Below are positions 36,141 to 45,800 of a stretch of DNA of 64,000 bases, in pieces (position 1 is the first letter of the stretch; every line of letters starts with the position of its first letter). Source of the stretch: a virus. The translations under genes were made by a program, and so were the position numbers. Where the stretch lies: the IMG/VR virus record IMGVR_UViG_3300021964_000013, one strand, 5' to 3'. The notes beneath the pieces are model-generated. The model worked only from the letters and a program-made list of their open reading frames with translations. It had not been told where the DNA came from and searched no databases.

Positions 36141-36379
36141 GACAGAAGATAATTAACTTCCGCGATCCCGTTGTCGAAAAAGTAGTCGACAAGTTTGTTG
36201 ATAGATCAGATGTAGGTTACGTTAAATACGGTAAGACGCTAGATGAAGAGAGACGTACAAAAGTCAAAGACTTAGCAGATTACTTGAACGATGTCCAGGA
36301 AGAACTAATGGATGCCATATTGTATATTCAAGCTGCTAGAGATGAAATTAAAGACCTAGCAAATGAAAAAGAAGAGTAG
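36137..36379 (+). CDS. Hypothetical protein (G..KYG.TLD...QEELMDA.LY family)
   Basis: Motif pattern, possibly an all-alpha NTP-PPase fold. Confidence 0.6.
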   Translation: MRQKIINFRDPVVEKVVDKFVDRSDVGYVKYGKTLDEERRTKVKDLADYLNDVQEELMDAILYIQAARDEIKDLANEKEE

Positions 36380-36848
36380 TAAAAGAGGTCCTGTAAGAGC
36401 TAAAAAAGTAGAGTACGACGGTATAAAGTTTCAAAGTGGCCTAGAAAAGTACATGTACATGGCTCTTAAAAAAGCAGATATATCATGCCGTTATGAGATC
36501 GAAAGCTTTACTCTTATAGATGGATTTAATTTTAAAAACAAATCATACGAAAGACAGTCAAATGGTAAGGGAGAATATACTGAGAGAGGCAATAAAAAGA
36601 TACGTCCAATCACCTACACACCGGACTTCACAGGTCCAGGATTCATCATCGAGTGTAAAGGAAGAGCAAACGAATCATTCCCAATTAGATGGAAATTGTT
36701 CAAGCGATACGTCGCTTTAAAAATGCCAGGAGTTACATTGTATAAACCTCAAAATCAAAAAGAATGCGACAAAACGGTAGAACTGATACTCATAAAAAGA
36801 AGAGTTCAGCAGACCATGCTTCTAAAGGATACAAGACAAGACAAATAG
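36363..36848 (+). CDS. Endonuclease (T7 endonuclease I/DUF1064-like)
   Basis: FxSxLE, YTPDF and IIECKG motifs. Confidence 0.8.
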   Translation: MKKKSSKRGPVRAKKVEYDGIKFQSGLEKYMYMALKKADISCRYEIESFTLIDGFNFKNKSYERQSNGKGEYTERGNKKIRPITYTPDFTGPGFIIECKGRANESFPIRWKLFKRYVALKMPGVTLYKPQNQKECDKTVELILIKRRVQQTMLLKDTRQDK

Positions 36849-36933
36849 ACAGGTATGTTAAGTGGTGTATCAATACCAAAGGATACGTGAGATATAGAGA
36901 CATTATTAACCAAGTAGAAAAATACAAGCTACA

Positions 36934-37119
36934 GTGAAAGAAACATATTGGGAGATATCCTTTGGTACTTACCCAGGTATATTACTGGGATTTAGAACAT
37001 ATCAAGAAGAGGATGAAGTTAAATGGGATGGTGATCCTGCTGTAATGACAGAGCGCAACCACGTTTTATACATTCCTTTCGTAGATATGTGTATTAGAAT
37101 AATAACCCTTCAAAAGTAA
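36934..37119 (+). CDS. Hypothetical protein
   Basis: ORF track. Confidence 0.55.
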   Translation: MKETYWEISFGTYPGILLGFRTYQEEDEVKWDGDPAVMTERNHVLYIPFVDMCIRIITLQK

Positions 37120-37123
37120 AAAA

Positions 37124-37225
37124 ATGACAGACGATTTCGAAGACTTCGTAGACATGCTTGAACAAGCAGAACAACCAACTTGCAGTTTCGACAACCCTGA
37201 AGATTGCGAAGCTTGTGGGTCATAG
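37124..37225 (+). CDS. 33-aa peptide resembling the redox C-terminal tail of ribonucleotide reductase (not in ORF track)
   Basis: MTDDFEDFVDMLEQAEQPTCSFDNPEDCEACGS. Confidence 0.65.
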   Translation: MTDDFEDFVDMLEQAEQPTCSFDNPEDCEACGS

Positions 37226-37314
37226 TAAAAAAAGAGATCAAATCAAGCGCGCAACTGAACCTAAAAAATGGTGTGCAAAAGAACCTAAAGAGTGTAACTG
37301 CAAAAGAAGTTGTG

Positions 37315-37485
37315 ATGAGAGATAATAGAGTTGATAGTATACTACATGAGTTAGCTATACTACACAGTGGTCTCGGTACTGATTCAACCGAGAGAGAGAA
37401 AGAAACGGTTTTAAATAAAGAAAACTACCTAAGAAAAAAGATAGCAGAAATAGATAAAGATTTAGAAGAAAGACTTTTTCCTTAA
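37315..37485 (+). CDS. Small hypothetical protein
   Basis: Start reassigned to ATG 37315 (MRDNRVDSILHELA...). Confidence 0.55.
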   Translation: MRDNRVDSILHELAILHSGLGTDSTEREKETVLNKENYLRKKIAEIDKDLEERLFP

Positions 37486-37549
37486 ATCTTTATTGTTACA
37501 TTAGTGGAGTCATTGCTCCCAATGGTTTTTGATTAAACACTGTTTTTCT

Positions 37550-37593
37550 AAAAGTGGTATGTGCAGATTTTGCATGTACCACTTTTTATTTTT
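37550..37593. terminator. Hairpin/terminator where the early (+) and late (-) arms converge
   Basis: AAAAGTGGTA...TACCACTTTT stem followed by a T-tract. Confidence 0.6.
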
Positions 37594-38149
37594 CAGTGGC
37601 ATACTTAACACCCATTATGGTTCCAACTATACTAAACGAATTAGTTAGCAGTATACCAAACAGATTAGACCAAGTACTTTCTATTATCTTAGAATCATAA
37701 CCCTGGTACAAGACAAACATATATAACAAAGATGTTATAACACCTACGCCCACAATAACTCCTAATGCAAGCTTAACAATAATACCTACTAACTCAAACT
37801 GAGTTTTCTTTTGCATGACCTCTAAGTCATTTAGAGCCTCATCTCTTAAACTTTCAGCTGCTTTTTTAGCATCTTCAAGTTCTTCCATCTTATCCTGTAG
37901 ATCTGATAAGAGAGCTTTATTTAATACGTTAGCTTCTTCAAGCTCTTTGTTCTGAGCCTGTACCTGCTTAGTAATGTCTAAACGCTTACGTCTTTGAGCT
38001 AAGTCTTTTCTTTTACACTCTTCAATGTAGTCTTTAACTTCATCATCAGTAGTCTTAGCCAGCAGCTTAACAAAGTTTCCTTCTATGAAAACTTTCTTAG
38101 ACTTGGCTTTAAGTATAGCTTCCTTTACCGTGTCTTTAGAACTAATCAC
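37586..38149 (-). CDS. Coiled-coil protein with two C-terminal TM helices
   Basis: Long charged heptad region, then two hydrophobic helices. GTG start at 38149 overlaps the upstream stop (alternative start 38167). Confidence 0.75.
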   Translation of the reverse strand: MISSKDTVKEAILKAKSKKVFIEGNFVKLLAKTTDDEVKDYIEECKRKDLAQRRKRLDITKQVQAQNKELEEANVLNKALLSDLQDKMEELEDAKKAAESLRDEALNDLEVMQKKTQFELVGIIVKLALGVIVGVGVITSLLYMFVLYQGYDSKIIESTWSNLFGILLTNSFSIVGTIMGVKYATEK

Positions 38150-38312
38150 CGCAGCAGTGTATTTCACAACTATCCAAGTAGGTATTATCAGGATTACCGT
38201 TAGTTACATATCCTGTTTCATACTCTTTAGTATTACTATTAACTAAAAAACCAGCTAAACCTACAAGCAAGAAGAATATAATAGCAACCCTAAATTCTAT
38301 AATCAGTTTCAT
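38142..38312 (-). CDS. Exported or membrane-anchored micropeptide (56 aa; not in ORF track)
   Basis: MKLIIEFRVAIIFFLLVGLAGFLVNSNTKEYETGYVTNGNPDNTYLDSCEIHCCGD; TAATG overlap with the receiver gene. Confidence 0.7.
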   Translation of the reverse strand: MKLIIEFRVAIIFFLLVGLAGFLVNSNTKEYETGYVTNGNPDNTYLDSCEIHCCGD

Positions 38313-38749
38313 TATCTATATACCTTAAAAGAATTTGTTTTATTTACATAGCCTTCGTAATCCTTATGAAACTCCTCAAGTCTTGGTTCAATATCATCAG
38401 ACTTGATAATCCAGAACTGAGCCCCTACTTCTTTAGCTTTTTGTATTTCCTCTTCATCAGAGCTGCTAGATATAATGCCAATAACACAGCCGTTACCATA
38501 GTCCTGGTTGATCTTACGTATCATTTCAATGCCATCAAAGCTTGATCCAATGATATTAAGATCTACAAAAACACACTGTGGTCTTTCGTGATCTGGATCA
38601 TCTGGAAACCATGCTTTAAATTTTCTGTCAGCTTCGTCTGAGCTGTCTAATGACTCTATAGAGAGCGCTATATCTAACATGCTACAGGCATCTTCAAATA
38701 CCAGGTGAAATAGATTCTCATCATCTATTAGCATCAATGTGTCGATCAT
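38312..38749 (-). CDS. Single-domain response regulator (receiver)
   Basis: LIDD acidic pair, VFVDLNI phospho-Asp, ISSS and IIKS conserved Lys. Confidence 0.9.
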   Translation of the reverse strand: MIDTLMLIDDENLFHLVFEDACSMLDIALSIESLDSSDEADRKFKAWFPDDPDHERPQCVFVDLNIIGSSFDGIEMIRKINQDYGNGCVIGIISSSSDEEEIQKAKEVGAQFWIIKSDDIEPRLEEFHKDYEGYVNKTNSFKVYR

Positions 38750-39645
38750 ATCTTTATGTATACTTTTGTACCGTTATCTTGTTTCTCAGCAAACACACTG
38801 AAGCCGTGTTCTTTTAATATTTCAATAGATATATTAAGTCCAAGCCCTGTGCCACTTTCTTTTTGTCCTTCTTTTCTAGCATAAGGTTTACTAAGTTCAA
38901 TAAACTCTTCACCTCTTAACCCTCTACCATTATCCTCTACTACAATGTAAGAACCACCGTGGTAGCTTGCTTGTAGATATATTTTTATCCACTTAGTAGC
39001 AGAGTCGTTATATTTTAAACCGTTTCTAATAAAATTATCTATAGCAGTACAAAATAAAGCTTCATTAACATCCAGACCAATAGGTAAATCACCTGATAAT
39101 AAAACCTGATTTTTATAAGCCGTAAGCTTTAGATAGTCTTCTAGTATAAACTTTATATTACAGGTTTTTTTGTTTAACTGAGCATTCTCTTTAACTAGAT
39201 TAGTGAATTCATAGACACCAGCATAAACTTTTTGCGCGTGATACAAGCCATCTTCGATTAGCTTTAATGGAGAGGCTATTCTAAGCTCTTTAACGATGTC
39301 TTCGTTGAGTCTACGGTTCAAAGACTTGATACCTCTAGGTAAATAAGTATTGATACCGCTATGCATGTCATGTCTAATGATCTTAGCAGCGTGTTCTAAG
39401 TAAATGTTTTTCTTGCTAAGATCTTGTTTGATAGATTCTTTATTAGCTAGAAACTCTTTTACTACTAAAAAGAAAGGTGGCATAAAGGCAATAACCGATA
39501 GCCACTCAAAGTAATGTGTAAATGTAGAATGATGTATGTATTTAAAAACTACTAAAGTTTTAAACACAAAAAACGTAAGCATTATTACTGTAGAGCACAA
39601 CAAGCATATCCTAGAACGTATAGATATACCATCAAGTACGGACAT
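38746..39645 (-). CDS. Sensor histidine kinase (two TM helices)
   Basis: H-box RHDMHS, N-box NFIRNGLKY, G1 EDNGRG and G2 GTGLGL. Confidence 0.93.
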   Translation of the reverse strand: MSVLDGISIRSRICLLCSTVIMLTFFVFKTLVVFKYIHHSTFTHYFEWLSVIAFMPPFFLVVKEFLANKESIKQDLSKKNIYLEHAAKIIRHDMHSGINTYLPRGIKSLNRRLNEDIVKELRIASPLKLIEDGLYHAQKVYAGVYEFTNLVKENAQLNKKTCNIKFILEDYLKLTAYKNQVLLSGDLPIGLDVNEALFCTAIDNFIRNGLKYNDSATKWIKIYLQASYHGGSYIVVEDNGRGLRGEEFIELSKPYARKEGQKESGTGLGLNISIEILKEHGFSVFAEKQDNGTKVYIKI

Positions 39646-39800
39646 TATGCCTTATTTTTATTAAGATAATACCATCTCTGAAGAGTGTATCCTATAGATA
39701 TCACTAAAAGCAAAACTTTTAGCGCTGTTTCTAAATTTGACATGCTTATACCTAGTGCCGATAAGTTTATAACGTAAAGTTTAGCGTCTTGTGCATTCAC
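39645..39800 (-). CDS. Small membrane protein, holin candidate (51 aa)
   Basis: GTG start; hydrophobic helices and a basic C-tail; lies at the end of the structural operon. Confidence 0.5.
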   Translation of the reverse strand: MNAQDAKLYVINLSALGISMSNLETALKVLLLVISIGYTLQRWYYLNKNKA

Positions 39801-39804
39801 TGTT

Positions 39805-42800
39805 TTATCTTTTTCTAGATCTTGATCTACTTCTAGATCTCGATCTTGTTCTTGATTTAGTTTCTTTTGTATCAACACCTATCTGGTAATCAGGCCAGCC
39901 TAGGAACATTAATATCTGCTCATATGTTTTAAACTCACCTTCAAGATCTACAGAGTTAAGTATATTTTCATACTTCTGCATAAGCCTGTCTAGTGGCACA
40001 TTCGATGCTACCGATGTACCAACAGCCATAGCTTTTAAGAAGTTTGTGTCACTAAGCATTTCTAAAGTACCCAAGTTTTCTTTAGATTTTTGTAAGTAAT
40101 AACCAACACTCTTAATCTTGTTCAGCTTCGAACCAATAGATGGCGCTATATTAGCTGCTTCAAACGCTAGCATTTCAAAGTCAGGGTTAGGTCTGCCAGA
40201 TCTCTCTACAAACTCAACGCCTACATTTTTAATTACAGACATAATGTGACCTCTAATACCAGCACCGCGTAAAAATGAATCAAGCATACCATTAACTAGC
40301 TTGAACTCATCAGATTTAACCAATCTCTCTTCGTCATCGTCAGAAAAACCAATAAGTGTGCCTAATAAAGCGCTCTGTAAAGACACGAACAAAGCGTGTT
40401 GCGCCATACCGTAGTAAGCTATTCTAGACATTGAAACAGCAGCACTACCTCTTTTGTTCTTTAAGTTACTAAGCTCTTTCTTGATTATCCTGTCATACTG
40501 GGACTGAGTGTTAGCAAACGTCAATAGAAGTCTACCACCAAGGCTAGCTTGCTGAGCGCTAATTCTGTCAGGTCTAGACGACTGTTGTGATTCTTCTGTT
40601 TTATTTCTAAAATCAATAAACGCTCTTGCTTCAGCTTCTTCTTGTGTTAAACCTTGCTTTAAATACTCGTTAACATAGTTTCTGTAGTAAGGAGCACCAC
40701 CCATTACAATAGCTAAGCTATCCGCGATTTGTGTTGGCATAAAGCCTTTTGATAGTAACCAACCTACGGCCGCTTTAAACTTGTTTGTAGCATTTTTAGT
40801 TGCATCAACGAGTTCAGCTTCATTGATGTCGATTTTAAGACCCTCACGACGCTCTCTCATGTAGTTGGAGTTGACCAATGTCATTACATCAGACCAGAAC
40901 TGCTTTTGATTAGCGTACGCTGTGCCTGCTTTCAGCACGTTGTTAGGACCAGCGGCTTCAATATAGTTTGTAAACGAGATTAACTGCAATACAGCTGATC
41001 TAGTGTTAGCAAACATAACAACACCAACAGAACCATTTAACCAGTTCATGATGTTATTAGTAAACTGTGAGTCACCTGTTTCTAACCTGTTTCTACCCGT
41101 TTTCATTCTGGTGATTATGTTATCAAGAGACTTGATATAATCCTCACCAAATGCTGCTCTCATTTTGTTTTTATTCTTCTCGTTAAAGATAAAATCAACG
41201 TTTCTATTCCACTCTTCTAAGTATTTCTTTCTACTGTTCTTTTTCAAAGAGTCGATGATGTCACCTATAATACCACCAGAGTTCCAGTTTTTACCAGGTT
41301 CTACGTGACCGTGAAGATCAGTAATTTTCATTATCTCAATAGCGGCTTCTCTAGCCATACCATCTTTAACGACAAATGCTTGAGCTTGCTTTATTTCGTT
41401 TTCAGATATACCAGATATGTCATAACCTTTTCTACTCCATATGTATATTCTGATAGCGTTTTCAACACTCATACCAGGGAAAGCATCAGCTTTTAACTGC
41501 TTAAACAAGGGCTTAAACGTCTTCTTGATATCACGGTACTGCCTGATCATTCTAACTCTTTCAGCTGAGTAGTTGTTCACACCTTCATAGTAAGGCTCTA
41601 ACAAGTACTCTTCAAAGAAAGATATATGCTTTTGTGATTGATCACCTTTACCAACGAGATAGTTTTCTATAAGACCTCTGTAATCGTCGTGTGACGGTGG
41701 TACAAAGAATACATTTTTATTCTTATCTCTACCCAGTTGTTTCGATGCTACCTCAGAGAATTCTGTTTTAGCGTTTAAACCAGTAACATCTTCAAGTATA
41801 CTGTTAAACTCAGCATCTAGATCAGCAGCAAGCCTATTCAACCTTTCTTCCTCTTCTGCTTTAGCTATCTTTTCGGGATCTTGGCTGATAGTCCCTGTCT
41901 CTTCTATTTCCTCCTTTAGATTCTCTAAGAATTTCTTTACCTCTTGTTCCTTGTCTTTTAGAGATTTTTTATCTTGGTTAGACATGTCATCTTTAGAAAA
42001 ATTACCAAGATTATCTATTAAGTTCTGTATGTTTCTACCAACACTTCTGTTGTAGTCTAAAGAAACTAAAGCAGAGTGATCTATAGTTACTGCGTCTCCG
42101 TTTTCTTTGTAAATCTCAATGTTATTAGAACCTTGTTTACCTACCGGTACTCTAGATATTCTAGACAAGAAGGTAGGCTCTACGTTGTTTCTAAAATGAG
42201 GCATAACAACACCTTGTTTAGCCAAGAGTTTTTTAGCGTACGCTTTAGAGACTTGTACGGTTACGAAGTCATCTAGTATATCTATAGACGAGTTGTCTTT
42301 TCTAGGGTTTGTTACAACGTTGGCTAAATAACCAGATAAATACTTAGTTGGTATAGAATACATCAACGACTTAGGTGTTGATTTTTCAAGTACCATGTTT
42401 ACCCCAAACCTAGAAGCTTTACCTATAATAGGGTTTTTAGCTTCAAATACTGTATCGAATATAAAAGCAACTTCTTCTCTAGTTAAATTACCATTAGCAT
42501 AAAGTGCTTTTACTTTATAGAAGCTGTCTTTTAGTTTGTTTTTTAAAGTCAAAGGATCTAAGCTCACACTTTCGTTAAGAACACTTAACACGTCGTTATC
42601 AAAAACCTTTTCAAGAACGTTGACTTTAGCTTCGTTAGATATAGTGTTTTCACTGACGTTTAGCAAGCTCTTATGTCCTTCGTTTAAAACAGTGTTTTGA
42701 GCTATGTTAAACAAGTTATCAGCAAGAGAATCAGTGAACTCTGCTTCAACAGCTTTATGTGTTCTTAATCTAACAGTATCGATGTTTCTAGCGATATTAG

Positions 42801-45800
42801 CAAAGTCTAAAGCTAATTGTCTAGAAAGAACAACAGCGCTAGCCTCGTTCAACCATGGGTATTCTTTAGCAAAAGTATTTACAAGGTTGTTTGTCAATGC
42901 TATTCTAAGCTGACCCAATTGCTTATCACGCATCATGTTAGGCATGAGCTTGTAAGGAGCAATGCCATCTTTAAATGCTTTAAGTAAAGGATCTGGGTTT
43001 TGCATGATTAGCTCAGCCATACGTAAACCACCCATTCCAGCGTCTAAAGCGTTAGCACTAAACTTCATTAATGGGTCACGTTCAATTAAGTATGCTACCC
43101 TACCTATAACTTGGTTTTCTTCAACCACATCAGCGTTTTTCTCAATCATGCGCTCGTACATGTCGATGACTCTACCCTCAACAGGGTTGCCTTCTAAATC
43201 GTAGAACTGCTGGTTAGGGTTTTGCATAACTTCAAGAGTAGCATCGAGACCAAGGTCTATAGACATAGCTTCAGCTAAAACTCTTTTATGCTCATGTGGC
43301 ATGTTTCTACTTCTACCGACACGTGTTGGGTCTAAGTAGTTTAACCACTCTTCTTTTGTTGGGTAACGTCTTTGTACTTTGTTTACACCTGAGTAAGCGT
43401 CTCTAATGCCTAACATCCTAGACTCTTCAGCTGTGTAGCGTATTACATTGCCCTTAGCGTCTTTTTGGAACTCATATAAAACTCCGTTTAATGCAGGGAA
43501 TTTTCTAAGTGTGTTAAGGCTTAATTCTTCTTGAATCCAACCTTGGTTCTTAGAAGCCCACTCAATAAACTTAGCTGATCGTGTTGGGAACTTTTCAAGC
43601 ATGGTCTTGTATATAAGACCCTTGTATGCTTCAAACAAGTACGACCTAAACAAGCTTGGTTTCCATTTTTTAGTAGACATCAAATCAGGAGACAAGCTCA
43701 GCGTTCTAGTAACGACGCCCCTGATCTTGTTCATCTCTTGTGGTTCTAAACCTAACTTTCTTCTAATTCTACTGAACTCACCTAGTGAAGCTGGTTTATC
43801 AATAGCTTCTTCTATACTTTGCTCGTCACTTACAGATGGACCACCACCAGCGAGATCATCAACGTTAGTATTGAAGGTTTCACCTAGGTATTTGTTTTTT
43901 ATAGAAGCAGCTCTTAAAGCAAAGTACTTGTTGATATAAGCAGCTAATGGCACTCCTTTATCAGGGTTGTAACTCATTACTATACCGACCAATCCCTCTA
44001 CATCCTGTATAGCCGCGTCTTCTATTAAGTCTTTATCGAGTTGCCACCCAGGTAACGTGTCCCAGTTACCACGTATGGCTATTTTACGAAACATAGGTCT
44101 ATACATTTCACCTATTTCGTATACCGCAGCTACACCTTGCTCATCCCATAATCTCTGAACCTCAGCGCTCATTTCTTGCTGAGCTTTAGTAGGGCCTCTT
44201 TTTTTATCTTCAAACTCGTTTGCGGAGTCCATGTCTTCAGCAGCTAGCCAACCCTTAGAGTTTTTATCTACTTGAAGTAAAACACCTTTGCCACCGTACT
44301 CAGCAAACTGTCTCTGTGCTTTAGTTGACTTTCCTTTTACAATAGAATTATTGTAGTCCCTGACAAAGTTAAACACATCTTTACCGGTGTTAAACTCAAT
44401 GTTCTTGAGACCCAAGTCCTGCATTATTCTTCTTATAAAGTCTCCTATTTTCTCAAAGAAACTCTGGTCGTAAGTAACTCTTCCAGTTAACAAAGAATCA
44501 GATAGTACAGTGATAAACTCTTCTAAGTTTCTAGGATCAAAAGTTACGTCAGACATAGAAGCTAGCTTGTTAAACTGTTCTATGTTTTTGTTTGCTTTTT
44601 TAAATAACTCTTCTGCAGTGTACTTTTTGCCTAGTAAAGTATATGTTTGGTAAACTCTCATCCTAGACCTCCAGTTGTCTAGGTCTTTTATTTTTCCAGA
44701 ATCTTCTAGTTCTAGCAAATAATTGTTTAAAGCACCTACTGTTTGTTTTAAAGCGTCTGTATTGATCTTACTTTTACCATCTTTTAGTGCCGTAAAAGTA
44801 TTGTGCAAAACAGCATGTAAGACCTCATGGCTACCAGTTGTAACGTTTCCAGAAGCTATAGAGCCTTGCGCGTTGACAATGATTTTACCTTTAGTTGTAA
44901 ATACACCTGGTTTTCTTTTTAACTCGCCTTCAACGTAGTCTAGTTCTTCTTTAGTCGGGTTGTTTATACCTCTATCTTTTAAAACCTCAACAGCGTATTG
45001 TCTAGTGTTTTCAGCAACAACAACATTATCACCAACAATTTCTAGATCAGCAAAAGCTTTTACCGCGTTGTTCAGGTTAGCATTGAACTCTTCCATAGAG
45101 ACTAGTTCAAAGTTCGCGTCAACAACTTGAGATTTTAAAGTGTTTGATTTTTTAACTAAATCGCTTTTGTTGTGGTTTAAATCGATGTTCTTTATTTCAG
45201 CGGCGTGTTGCTCTTCGGTTATAGAACCCTCTTTCAACTGAGTGTTTAACACATCGATTTGCTGCTTTCTTATAGACTCTAGGTCTTTTACTTTTTTACC
45301 ATCCTCAGAGCTTTGGAAATCAGATAGCTTTTTTTCAGCGTCGTTCTTATTGTACTCAGCATCCATTAACTTCGACTTCTGATCGCTACTCATTGACCTG
45401 TCAAAGTTCTGAGAGCTCATCATGAAATTATCGAGCTGCTGCTTTTTTTCCTCGTATGCTTCTTTTGTTATAACACCGTCTTGAAGGTCCTTGTTTAATC
45501 TAGCAATATTGTGTTGATGAAACTCTCTTAGACCTTTTATATCTAGTTTTCCAGCAGCTACAGCATAAGCATTTGAAGCTTCAGTTATCGTAGATGACGT
45601 TACATTACCGCTAAATGGTAATAACGAACCCATGATAAACCCAGCTCCACCACCTTGTATGTAGTTTTCTCTAATATATTCACCTACTGTTACGTCACTA
45701 GCAGCTTGTTGAAACACCTCAGTCATCATCTCGTCAAAACCACCTCTTACAGATGTTAATCCGTTTTTAGACTGTTGCTTTAACCAGTGTTTAAATTGTC

